A stretch of DNA of 64,000 bases, taken from contig OY759308.1 in the NCBI GenBank assembly GCA_963662235.1, forward strand, positions 1,004,861 through 1,068,860, written 5' to 3'. A model generated the notes under the pieces. That model ran no database searches. It had not been told where the DNA came from and saw nothing but the letters and a program-made list of their open reading frames with translations. The DNA comes from Desulfobacterales bacterium. Lineage in GTDB: Bacteria; Desulfobacterota; Desulfobacteria; Desulfobacterales; G963662235. Position 1 is the first letter of the stretch; every line of letters begins with the position of its first letter. A program made the translations under genes and the position numbers. Positions 48,897 through 58,793 of this stretch are shown here, one piece after another.

Positions 48897-50173
48897 TATA
48901 ATGCACCCCCAAAACTGGACAGTTGGAATAAGTGTAAAGATGTCATAAAAGATTTCGAAAAATCAAGGAGAATTTTATGACAAAAAAACGCATATCCCAG
49001 CATTTAAGGCAAAAGTTGCATTTGAAGCAGCAAAACAAAAAAAGACAGCAGCTCAGCTTGCAAGCCAATTTGGTGTTCATCCGAACCAAATTAGCCTTTG
49101 GAAGAGAGAGCTTTTGGAAAAACTACCCGAGCTTTTTTCTTCAAAACACAAGAAAAAAGCTAAAGATGGTACAAAGCTTCAAGAAGAATTATATAAGCAA
49201 ATAGGTCAGCTCAAGGTGGAACTTGACTGGCTAAAAAAAAATCTAAAGAATTGCGTTGATAAGCGTAAGAAACTTGTAGACAGTGGGCATAAAAAAATAA
49301 GCATTACCCGGCAATGTCAGCTTTTAGGTCTTCCGAGATCAAGTTTTTATTATAAGGCAACACAAGATGATAGCCGTGATGTATCCTTAATGAACTTGAC
49401 AGATGAGATTTATACAAAGCATCCTTATTTTGGAGTTCGCATAATAAAAAAGAGATTAGAAAAAGAAGATGAAATTGGTAATCGCAAGAAGATCAGACGA
49501 ATCATGAGAGAAATGGGGATTTATGCTATTTATCCAAAGCCCAACTTGAGTTTACCGAATAAAGAGCATCTGAAATATCCGTATCTTCTTAGAAATTTAA
49601 ACATAAATAAGGCAGATCAAGTTTGGGCATCTGACATATATTTTAAAAGAATTAGAGATAAAGATCAGCATGAATGGCAAAAGGCGTGCTATTGACAATG
49701 TTCTTGTTGAAAGATTTTGGAGGAGCATAAAGCAAGAAAAAATTTACATAAATGATTATGTTTCTGTCAAAGAATTGAAAGATGGAATAGAACAATACAT
49801 AAAATTTTACAATTATGGCAGGCAACATCAAGCTTTAGGCTATAAAACTCCACACGAAGTTTATAGCGAAACTTTGGGGAAGAAATTTGTTGCTTAATTT
49901 AAGAGATAAAAAAATTTTTGTAGCCGAAGCTCAATCTGCTTGTGCACCATTGACAAGCATTTCGCTTCAGCTCTTTGACAGCTACGGCTTTGAATGAATT
50001 CAAAGCCTTTGTGATAAAAGGCTTTTTGAAAATTCAATATTTTGAAATATGTGAATTAGCAACAGATACAAACTTTGAAAGCACAATTTTTTAAGACAAA
50101 TGGAAATCTTTTTATTAAACAAATTTCACTTATAATTACATCAAAATTTATCTTGATTTTGGGGGACATTTCA
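48897..50173 (+). mobile_element. IS3-family insertion sequence, degenerate
   Basis: Imperfect IRs TATAATGCACCCCCAAAA / TTTTGGGGGACATTTCA enclosing orfA/orfB remnants. Confidence 0.88.
48977..49897 (+). pseudogene. IS3-family transposase with frameshifts and an internal deletion
   Basis: FKAKVA..LASQFGVHPNQISLWK (orfA), RQCQLLGLPRSSFYY, YPYLL, VWASDI, then a jump to ISM.G..RAIDN..VERFWRSIK.E; central integrase-core segment missing. Confidence 0.9.
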
Positions 50174-50273
50174 ATATTTTGAATTAAATTTTTCGTTCAA
50201 AGTGTATAAATTCAACCATCCTTTGTTCCATCAATCTTAAAATTAATCTTAAATTTATAGACGAGCAATTATA

Positions 50274-51761
50274 ATGATAACGAATAAAAAAATACTTTGC
50301 ACTCTTTTTTTAATGGTTTCTATTCCTATTATATTTATAACGAATGACTTTTGGGATGGTTCAATTGTCAATTATTCCTTTCGTATTAATGTTTTATCGG
50401 ATTTAAAGGTTTGGCTTTTTGAAACCAGATGGAATGTACAGTATTATATATACTTTATAGTCCATTATTTTTCTAATGTTAGTGGACTATCAGAAGAATT
50501 TTTTTTAAAAACATTAACTCTATTATCATTGTTTGGTGCGACATTAGAAGTAAAACATTTGTCTAAAACATTATTAAATCTTTCAGATAAACAATCTTAT
50601 ATATCCGCATATTTTTTTTTATTATATCCTGCCTGGCATGTTTTAGTATCAAGTATAATGGTGATACATATTTTGTGTGTTTGGCTAATTTTTTTAGGGT
50701 TTAGGCTTATAGTAGAAAAAAGGAATGTTATTATTGGACTTGTATTTGTAGCTATTTCTTTGCAATTAAATTCTAATTTTATGATGTTATGTGCTTTAAT
50801 TTTAAGTAAGTATCTTTCTGATTGTTATATTTATTATGAAAAAACATATTTATTTAAGTTTATATTTTGTATTTTCTTAGTAGTTGTTTTGTTTATTTTA
50901 TATAAAGCTCAGTTCCCACCTTATGGGCTTTATAGTGATTATAATAAAATCAATTTCTGTATTAAAACAATTTATGATATCATATTTTCATTTAAGCGTT
51001 TTTTCCAATTTGTTTTACCCATTGTTTTTTTCCCTATTTTAGTTTTAATATTAAGCAAAAAATTAATAGATAGAACAGTGGTAGTCCCATTTCTAATTAT
51101 TTTCTTACTTATTTTGGCGTCAATTTTTCCATATGCAACTGTTGGGAAACATCCATATGTGAATGATATTGAAAGGTGGAGCTACAGGCAAACATTATTA
51201 CTTGGGGTTCCTTTTTCTATGCTTTTGGGATATTTTTTTGCATTTATATTAAAAAAACAATCTAACCATAAAATTATAAGTGTATTATTAATTATTAGCT
51301 TAGTTATCAGCTCTGTTTTTTTATTTAGAGGTTTTTATAGTAAGGCTCAAAGTGAGCTTTATCATAATGCTTTTATTAAAGCCCTGCAAAATATAGATAA
51401 ACCTATAAAGAGCTTAGTGCATATAAAATTAAATCAAAAAAAATCAAATTATTTAGAAGCTATAGCAGATTATGAATTAAATGCACTTTTCCAAAGAGCA
51501 TATGGAGAGTGCGGTTGGATGGCGAAAATAGATTATAATAATTTTGCTTCAAAATATGAACTTAGTGAATCTGATAAAATGATGTTAAGATCTGAATATA
51601 GAAATAAATATCTCACAGTGAATGTTGATACTACTAAGTTGGTTAATTTAAATTTGGAACAAATAGATAATTTATCATTTTTTGATGTTATATTTCTTCA
51701 TAATAAAGATTTATATAAAATAAGCTTTGATAGTCAATATGACTTAGAAAGGGTAAATTGA
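50274..51761 (+). CDS. Putative GT-C-fold membrane glycosyltransferase, paralogue 2
   Basis: 495 aa, colinear with 46175-47662 at offset 4099. Confidence 0.7.
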   Translation: MITNKKILCTLFLMVSIPIIFITNDFWDGSIVNYSFRINVLSDLKVWLFETRWNVQYYIYFIVHYFSNVSGLSEEFFLKTLTLLSLFGATLEVKHLSKTLLNLSDKQSYISAYFFLLYPAWHVLVSSIMVIHILCVWLIFLGFRLIVEKRNVIIGLVFVAISLQLNSNFMMLCALILSKYLSDCYIYYEKTYLFKFIFCIFLVVVLFILYKAQFPPYGLYSDYNKINFCIKTIYDIIFSFKRFFQFVLPIVFFPILVLILSKKLIDRTVVVPFLIIFLLILASIFPYATVGKHPYVNDIERWSYRQTLLLGVPFSMLLGYFFAFILKKQSNHKIISVLLIISLVISSVFLFRGFYSKAQSELYHNAFIKALQNIDKPIKSLVHIKLNQKKSNYLEAIADYELNALFQRAYGECGWMAKIDYNNFASKYELSESDKMMLRSEYRNKYLTVNVDTTKLVNLNLEQIDNLSFFDVIFLHNKDLYKISFDSQYDLERVN

Positions 51762-52531
51762 TGCTTAAAGATAAAGTAGTAGTAATAACAGGTGGAGCAG
51801 GACTTATAGGGAAAGAGTTTGTAAAAGCAGTTGTAGAAAAGAATGGTATAGCAATAATTGTAGATATAAATGAAAAGTTGGGCTTGAAAGTAAAAGAAGA
51901 TTTATTGAAAGAATTAAATACTAAAAAAGTAGATTTTGTAAAACTTGATATAAGTTCTAAAGGCTCTTTAAATAATTGTATTGATTACTTGAATGTAAAA
52001 TATAAAAGAATAGATGCCTTGGTAAATAATGCTTATCCAAGAAATAAAAATTATGGGAAACATTTTTTTGATGTTGAATACGATGATTTTGTAGAAAACA
52101 TAAGTTTGAATCTTGGAGGTTACTTTATTACTTCACAGCAATTTGCTATGTATTTTAAAAAGCAAGGATATGGTAATATTGTTAATATTAGTTCTATTTA
52201 TGGTGTAGTTGCTCCAACATTTGAGATATATGAAGGGACAAATATGACTATGCCTGTTGAATATGCAGCTATTAAATCGGGGCTTATTCATCTCACTAAA
52301 TATATGGCTAAGTATTTTAAGGGAATGAATATCAAAGTCAATGCCTTGAGTCCAGGGGGAATTTTTGATTACCAACCTGAATCTTTTCTAAATAACTATA
52401 AAGAAAAATGTTTGAACAAAGGGATGCTTAATAAAACTGATTTACAAGGAACTTTAGTTTATTTGCTTAGTGATATGAGTAAATATGTAAATGGACAAAA
52501 CATTGTGGTAGATGATGGGTTTAGTTTATAG
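51761..52531 (+). CDS. SDR oxidoreductase (PtmA/ElaC-like)
   Basis: TGGAGLIG, NNAYP, SSIYG, YAAIK, SPGG, GQNIVVDDG. Confidence 0.9.
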   Translation: MLKDKVVVITGGAGLIGKEFVKAVVEKNGIAIIVDINEKLGLKVKEDLLKELNTKKVDFVKLDISSKGSLNNCIDYLNVKYKRIDALVNNAYPRNKNYGKHFFDVEYDDFVENISLNLGGYFITSQQFAMYFKKQGYGNIVNISSIYGVVAPTFEIYEGTNMTMPVEYAAIKSGLIHLTKYMAKYFKGMNIKVNALSPGGIFDYQPESFLNNYKEKCLNKGMLNKTDLQGTLVYLLSDMSKYVNGQNIVVDDGFSL

Positions 52532-53864
52532 ATGTAAAAGTAAAAGTATTTTATATACTTTTATTCTATTTTGTGTGCTTATCTTTATAGGTTTTATAGA
52601 TTCATTTGAACCCATTATTATTTCATTATTTATATTAATTACTTATTTTATATATAAACCTAACAATTTCTTACATCCAAACAATATAATTTTTGCTTTT
52701 TCCTTATTATATGTAGTCTTACCTGGTTTTGTATATTATTATTTTGAGTTTTATAATATAGAATATATTTTGCCATGGGGTAAATTATATGGATGGGATA
52801 ATTTTTCTAAATTAACTTATTTCGGTATGCTATATATTTTTATTATCCCTTTTTTTAGTATTAAATATTTTACTAGGAAAGTTGTAAATAAAACGAATGG
52901 TATCAAATTTGATCAATATAAAATCAAAATCTCATCAATTATAATTATAGCCTGTTTTTTTATTTTGAGTTTAGTTATTTTTATTTCTAAAACAGGTGGA
53001 ATTAATAGTTGGATTTATAACTATCAATATACATTTCTCGTTTTACGAGAAGGAAATGGTTTAATAAATTTCATTACAATTTTTTTATTAAATTTTTTAA
53101 TTTTTCTAATAGGTATAAAAATTTTTCAAAAAAAAAGGAACTGTTTTTTTCTATTTTGCATACTAATTCCTATTTTAATTTCTATTGTAACTGTTTCATA
53201 TTTTCAGGGGTTTAAAAGTAGGTTTATAATTTTATGTATAATCCTTTTTTTCCCTATATTAGTTAGTATGAAATTATCGTATAAAAACATCTTTTTATTC
53301 GGTGTATTATTTATTTTAATCGTTAGTTTCGGAAATTATTTAAGAAGTGATGGTTTTTATAATTCAAGCACTAAACTCTTAGAGTATACATTAACATATT
53401 TTAATGTATATCCAATTCATGATATGATATTGAAAGATTTTGATTTAAACTTATTTCAAACTATTCATCAAGTCTTTGTGAAACCTTTTATCCTAGTTGA
53501 TTTATTACCATTAGATACAGAATTTGATTTGTCAGTAATGTTAACTAAAATTTATTTCCCTAATGATTGGTGGTTAGGAAGAGGGACTCAACAATGGCCA
53601 TTATTGACAGAACTACGTTTAAATTATTTTGGAATGTTATTTGGTTGGATTCCATTAGTATTATATTCTTTTATAATTTCCTATATTTATAATAAAATGT
53701 ATTTAGGTAAAATTGAATTAAGTTTAATTTATTTATTAGAAATGATAAGACTGTTTTCTACCTTTAGAAGTGTTCTATTGCCTTGGGATTTACCTTTGAA
53801 TATTTTTGTCTACGTCGTATATTTTTATTTGCTAAAATTAACAGCAAAAAAAATAACTCTTTAA
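52512..53864 (+). CDS. wzy: O-antigen polymerase Wzy (probable)
   Basis: Multi-TM protein with a large late periplasmic loop, adjacent to the flippase. Confidence 0.7.
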   Translation: MMGLVYRCKSKSILYTFILFCVLIFIGFIDSFEPIIISLFILITYFIYKPNNFLHPNNIIFAFSLLYVVLPGFVYYYFEFYNIEYILPWGKLYGWDNFSKLTYFGMLYIFIIPFFSIKYFTRKVVNKTNGIKFDQYKIKISSIIIIACFFILSLVIFISKTGGINSWIYNYQYTFLVLREGNGLINFITIFLLNFLIFLIGIKIFQKKRNCFFLFCILIPILISIVTVSYFQGFKSRFIILCIILFFPILVSMKLSYKNIFLFGVLFILIVSFGNYLRSDGFYNSSTKLLEYTLTYFNVYPIHDMILKDFDLNLFQTIHQVFVKPFILVDLLPLDTEFDLSVMLTKIYFPNDWWLGRGTQQWPLLTELRLNYFGMLFGWIPLVLYSFIISYIYNKMYLGKIELSLIYLLEMIRLFSTFRSVLLPWDLPLNIFVYVVYFYLLKLTAKKITL

Positions 53865-53865
53865 T

Positions 53866-55134
53866 ATGAATAAGCAAATAGCTATTTATATATTAAGCAC
53901 AGCTATTGATAAAGGTAGCATTCTACTTTTTTTCCCATTTTTATTGCAAATTTTTACGCTTGAGCAATTTGGTATATGGAGTTTAATTGTAATTGTTGCA
54001 AATCTATTAGTCCCTCTTGTCACATTAAATGGTTCAGCTTCTATTTTAAGAGAAGGAAGTGAAAATATTTCAATAGGAAAATATTTGTTAAAAAAATATG
54101 TTTTTTTAACATTTTTTGTAGGTACTTCAATAGGCACTTTATTGTATTTTATAGATAATTTACAAGAAAGATGGTTGTTCTATAGCTCGCTAATAGCTAC
54201 TTATGAAGGGTTGTTAATACTTATTTTAACATATATTAGGGCACAAAATAGAGCTATATTATTCCTTTCGATTAATATTATAAAGGTTTTAATAATTTTA
54301 GTTATTATATTTTTTACAATTAAAAATAAGATAGAATTTAGTCAGTATTTAACTTTTCAGATTACATCGATGTTCTTTTTTACTTCAGTTTTTTTTTTTA
54401 TTTCTTATTTTAATTCAATTGAATCTATAAAAACAGCTTTTGGTACAGTACTTTTTTTTTCTTTATCATTAATACCACACTCTATGTCTCAATGGGTAAT
54501 GAGTAGTTCAGACAGATTAATAATTAAATATATGTTAGGAGCAAAGGATTTAGGAATTTATAGTTTATCTTATAATATAGCTCAAGTATTAACTTTGCTT
54601 AATATAGGTTTAGGCTTAGCTTTACCTACATATTTAATAAAAAATTATTCAAAATGGAAAAATGACAATTTTGATAATAATATTATTAAGTATTACAGTT
54701 ATATAGCGATATTCTTATTTATTGTTATTTATATATTTTATTACATTGATTATAAGTATTTTAACTTATTAAAATATTATAGTAGTGAAATGTTGAATTT
54801 AATTACTATCAATTATTTAGCTATATATATACTTGGTTTATATACTTTTTATGCTAATTATCTTTTTTATAATAGAAAAGGTACAATTATAAGTATAGTG
54901 ACATTTTATGCGGCGTCATTCAATGTTGTTTGTTCAGTAATCTTTATTTATATCTTTGGTCTTATCGGGGCATCTATAGCAACTTTATTCGCTTATGTTT
55001 TTTATTTATATTATATAAAACTTAAAACAATACAGATAGAAGTTAATTTAAATATAAAAATTATGAAAAATATTATATTGGTAATATTAGTTATGATTAT
55101 TTTAAGAATAGGTATTATCAGTGTCACTTCTTAA
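53866..55134 (+). CDS. wzx: O-antigen flippase Wzx
   Basis: About 12 TMs, LIPH....W...SSDR..I..MLG...LGIYS, GLIGASIAT. Confidence 0.88.
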   Translation: MNKQIAIYILSTAIDKGSILLFFPFLLQIFTLEQFGIWSLIVIVANLLVPLVTLNGSASILREGSENISIGKYLLKKYVFLTFFVGTSIGTLLYFIDNLQERWLFYSSLIATYEGLLILILTYIRAQNRAILFLSINIIKVLIILVIIFFTIKNKIEFSQYLTFQITSMFFFTSVFFFISYFNSIESIKTAFGTVLFFSLSLIPHSMSQWVMSSSDRLIIKYMLGAKDLGIYSLSYNIAQVLTLLNIGLGLALPTYLIKNYSKWKNDNFDNNIIKYYSYIAIFLFIVIYIFYYIDYKYFNLLKYYSSEMLNLITINYLAIYILGLYTFYANYLFYNRKGTIISIVTFYAASFNVVCSVIFIYIFGLIGASIATLFAYVFYLYYIKLKTIQIEVNLNIKIMKNIILVILVMIILRIGIISVTS

Positions 55135-56239
55135 GGTTTTGGATATATTTTATAACTCAATTTGTAATGAAGTAGATGCGGAAGAAAATTTTTTAAAAAG
55201 AACAAATAGCAACTTGAATTTTGTCCCAGTAAGAGTTGTGAAAACTCTTAAATATATTGATAAATTTCACATAAATAAATTTTTCTATGGTTTGATGAAT
55301 ATAACTTGTTTTTTGATCTTTCCAATATTTTTTTTATTTAAAATTAGGTTTAATTTTGAAAACAACTATTCATTTAATAACGAAATAAAAAATATAGTTT
55401 TAGTCGCAGATAACAGAATAGAAAGCTTATATAAAAAGATTGATATTTCAAACAATCTTAAGACTATTTTTCTAAATATAAATCAACCCACAAAAAATTA
55501 TTATATTGATATAAATTCGTTTATTAATTTTAAAAAAACTATGAAAGCTTATGCTTACTCTATATTTAGTTTGTTTTATACAATAGTTAGACTAAAAAAA
55601 AAAACAGATTTTCTTCAAGTTTATGTCGCTTACAATTGGTTCAAAACTTATTTTGCATTGGAAAATATAGTTACTTCTGTAGATAATGTCTATTTTTCTA
55701 ACCATTATGATAGATGGTCAACTATGTTTGATTTCTTGTTTGAGGGGAAAAAAATAAATTTCATTCAACATGGAATTCTTCCCGATGATTTGATTTTAAC
55801 TTATAAACTTAAAAATTTAAAAACTATTTATTGTTTTGATGAAAAAAGTAAAAAAATTTTTTCAAAATTGTTTGAGTGTAAAAAAACTCAATTTAAATTC
55901 ATTAATTTAAAATTAGAATTGAGAAGTATAAAATCCGATAAAAAGACAGTATTGATTATAGGGCAACCTCACAGTATAGAAAGAGAATTGGAAATCATAG
56001 AGCTAATAAAAAAAAAATATTTAGTTTATATTAAGCCACATCCATTATATGATAATTCTCAATATAAGGTTGATGAAGTTAAATTAATTTTAGATAAAGA
56101 TTTTTTCCCAAAAGTAGATATAGCTTTGACATATGAATCAACATTAGGTTTGGAATATGAAATAAGTGGTGTTAATGTATTATGGTGGAAGGGAATGACT
56201 AACAAACAAATAATGGATCAAGTTTTAAAACTTATATAA
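55121..56239 (+). CDS. Hypothetical protein, candidate nonulosonate transferase
   Basis: IQHG, IKPHP and ST.GLE motifs resembling CMP-ulosonate-using GT-B enzymes. Confidence 0.55.
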   Translation: MSLLKVLDIFYNSICNEVDAEENFLKRTNSNLNFVPVRVVKTLKYIDKFHINKFFYGLMNITCFLIFPIFFLFKIRFNFENNYSFNNEIKNIVLVADNRIESLYKKIDISNNLKTIFLNINQPTKNYYIDINSFINFKKTMKAYAYSIFSLFYTIVRLKKKTDFLQVYVAYNWFKTYFALENIVTSVDNVYFSNHYDRWSTMFDFLFEGKKINFIQHGILPDDLILTYKLKNLKTIYCFDEKSKKIFSKLFECKKTQFKFINLKLELRSIKSDKKTVLIIGQPHSIERELEIIELIKKKYLVYIKPHPLYDNSQYKVDEVKLILDKDFFPKVDIALTYESTLGLEYEISGVNVLWWKGMTNKQIMDQVLKLI

Positions 56240-56260
56240 AATATTTAAAGAGTTTATTAA

Positions 56261-57403
56261 ATGAATAAAAAAAAATATCAAATATGCACAAATTGCATTA
56301 TGGATACATCAGATCCTCATATAACTTTTGATGAAAAAGGTGAGTGTGATTATTGTCAAAATTTTAAAAATAATATTCTTCCTGAGTGGAATTTTGGGAT
56401 AGGTAAATTAGATGAGTTGCAGTCAATTGCGGAAAAAATTAAGAAAGATGGGGAAAATAGAGATTTTGATTGTATCATAGGACTTAGTGGTGGATTAGAT
56501 AGCTCATATACTGCACATATAGCTAAAAAAACTATGGGGTTAAGGCCTCTTCTTTTACATGTTGATGCGGGTTGGAATACTGATCAAGCTGTATCAAATA
56601 TTGAAAGACTTGTTGATGGTTTAGGACTAGATTTATATACAGAAGTTATTAATTGGGAAGAGATGAAAGATTTACAACTCGCTTTTTTAAAATCTCAAAT
56701 CCCTGATCAAGATTTACCACAAGATATAGCATTTTTTTCAGCATTATACAAATTTGCTAGGCAATATAAAATCAAGTATGTCCTAACGGGAGGTAATTTT
56801 TCAACAGAGTGTTGTAGAGAGCCTGAAGAATGGGGAGGTTATATCGGTATTGATAGCAGATTGGTTAAAGATATACATAATAAATTTGGTACTAAACAAT
56901 TAACTTCTTTTCCTATTGTAGACATTTTAAAATACAAAATTTTATATAAATATATTTATAAGATGGATGTGTTTAAGCCTTTAAATTATGTAAAGTTTGT
57001 AAAAAAAGATGCAGAAGAAACCTTGAATAAACTATATGGTTGGGAAAAGTTCCAACATAAACATCATGAATCTAGATTTACTAGGTTTTATGAAGATTAT
57101 TGGATGCCAAAAAAATTTGGTTATGAAAAAAGAAGAGCTCATTTTTCTAGTTTAATAATGACAAGACAAATGTCTAGAGAAGAAGCATTAAAAAGGATAT
57201 CTTTTCCTGAAATGAGTGATGATTTTTTAAATAAAGAGTTGGAGTATGTAGCACATAAACTTGATATAATGAAGCAAGAATTGATTGAGATATTCCAAGG
57301 AGAGAATAAGACTTATAAAAATTATAAAAATAAAAGATTTTTGATTGGTATAGGTTCAAATGTTATGAGATTATTAGGTCTTGAGAAGAGGTTGTTTAGA
57401 TGA
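56261..57403 (+). CDS. N-acetyl sugar amidotransferase (WbuX/WbpG-like)
   Basis: C..C.MDTSDP, SGGLDSS PP-loop, KHHES.FT. Confidence 0.92.
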   Translation: MNKKKYQICTNCIMDTSDPHITFDEKGECDYCQNFKNNILPEWNFGIGKLDELQSIAEKIKKDGENRDFDCIIGLSGGLDSSYTAHIAKKTMGLRPLLLHVDAGWNTDQAVSNIERLVDGLGLDLYTEVINWEEMKDLQLAFLKSQIPDQDLPQDIAFFSALYKFARQYKIKYVLTGGNFSTECCREPEEWGGYIGIDSRLVKDIHNKFGTKQLTSFPIVDILKYKILYKYIYKMDVFKPLNYVKFVKKDAEETLNKLYGWEKFQHKHHESRFTRFYEDYWMPKKFGYEKRRAHFSSLIMTRQMSREEALKRISFPEMSDDFLNKELEYVAHKLDIMKQELIEIFQGENKTYKNYKNKRFLIGIGSNVMRLLGLEKRLFR

Positions 57404-58011
57404 TTGCTATAGTTGATTATGGGGTAGGGAATATTAGGGCTTTTTTAAATGTATATAAAAATCTAAATATTTTATGTAAAATTGTGCAAAAAAATAATGA
57501 ATTTCAAGGTGTATCAAAAATTATTTTACCTGGGGTAGGTTCTTTCGATCATGCAATGGCAAGTTTACAAAATTCTGGAATGAGGGAAAAACTTGATGAA
57601 TTAGTTCTGGAGAAAAAAATACCTATTATCGGTATTTGTGTAGGTATGCAACTGTTGGCAAAAAGTAGCGAAGAGGGAAGTTTGGGTGGGCTTGGGTGGA
57701 TAGATGGAGTTGTGAAAAAATTTGATAAATCGAACATAGGTGAAAATCCTTTGCCACATATGGGATGGAACAATTTGAATATAATAGGTAAAAATCGTAT
57801 ATTCAATAATCTAGAAAAAAATCCAAAATATTATTTTTTACATTCATATTTTTTTCAATGTGATAATAGAGAAGATGTTTTAGCTACAGCAACATATGGG
57901 AATGAATTTGAATGTGTAATCAATCATAAAAATGTTTATGGGATTCAATGTCACCCAGAAAAAAGTCATTATAATGGGATTCAATTATTAAAAAACTTTG
58001 GGGAATTGTAA
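57400..58011 (+). CDS. HisH-like glutamine amidotransferase (WbuY-like)
   Basis: PGVG, GICVGMQ, PHMGWN, HPEKS. Confidence 0.92.
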   Translation: MIAIVDYGVGNIRAFLNVYKNLNILCKIVQKNNEFQGVSKIILPGVGSFDHAMASLQNSGMREKLDELVLEKKIPIIGICVGMQLLAKSSEEGSLGGLGWIDGVVKKFDKSNIGENPLPHMGWNNLNIIGKNRIFNNLEKNPKYYFLHSYFFQCDNREDVLATATYGNEFECVINHKNVYGIQCHPEKSHYNGIQLLKNFGEL

Positions 58012-58779
58012 ATGTTATTGCCTAGGATAATACCTTGCTTGTTAGTTCATAATAAGGGTTTAGTAAAAACAGTAAGATTTAAAGAAGGGAAATATATTGG
58101 TGACCCTATCAATGCTGTAAAAATCTTTAATGAGAAAGAAGCTGATGAATTAATGGTCTTAGATATTGATGCAACAAGAGAAGGTAAAGAACCTGATTAT
58201 AAAATGATTGAAAATTTAGCTACTGAATGTAGAATGCCTTTGTGTTATGGTGGAGGAATAAAAACTGTAAAGCAAGCAACAAAAATTTTCAATCTTGGTG
58301 TCGAAAAAGTAGCATTAAGTTCTGCAGTTGTTAAAAACTCGCAATTGATTTCGAATATAGCAAAAGAAGTTGGGAATCAAAGTGTAGTAGTAGTTATAGA
58401 TGTAAAAAAAAAAATGTTTGGAGAGTATGATATTTATACTCATAATGGTACAAGAAAAACTAATCTAAATTTGGAATTTTTTTTAAAAGAGATTCAAACC
58501 TTTGGTGTTGGAGAAATAGTTATTAATTCTATAGATAATGATGGAGTTATGAAAGGATATGACTTAAATTTAGTAAAAAAACTCAAATCATTAATTGATG
58601 TGCCTATGACAGTTTTAGGTGGAGCTGGTTCTTTAGATGATCTTAAATTATTAATCAATAATTTTGGAATTATAGGCTGTTCTGCAGGAAGTTTATTTAT
58701 TTTTAAAGGTAAATATAAAGCTGTTTTGATAAATTATCCAAAAAATTTAGAAAAACAGCGGTTAATTCAAGAATTGTAG
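58012..58779 (+). CDS. HisF-like cyclase paralogue (WbuZ/AglZ-like)
   Basis: RIIPCLL, GDPINAVKIFNEK, CRMPLCYGGG, AVLINYP. Confidence 0.92.
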   Translation: MLLPRIIPCLLVHNKGLVKTVRFKEGKYIGDPINAVKIFNEKEADELMVLDIDATREGKEPDYKMIENLATECRMPLCYGGGIKTVKQATKIFNLGVEKVALSSAVVKNSQLISNIAKEVGNQSVVVVIDVKKKMFGEYDIYTHNGTRKTNLNLEFFLKEIQTFGVGEIVINSIDNDGVMKGYDLNLVKKLKSLIDVPMTVLGGAGSLDDLKLLINNFGIIGCSAGSLFIFKGKYKAVLINYPKNLEKQRLIQEL

Positions 58780-58793
58780 TATAAAGGTATTAG

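Noticed and set aside
54380-54465. Long poly-T tracts in wzx as phase-variation switches
   Set aside because: A/T runs of similar length also occur in core genes of this AT-rich window, so they are not distinctive
57400-58779. hisH/hisF as histidine biosynthesis genes
   Set aside because: Coupled to an N-acetyl sugar amidotransferase inside a glycan locus, the known WbuXYZ-type arrangement
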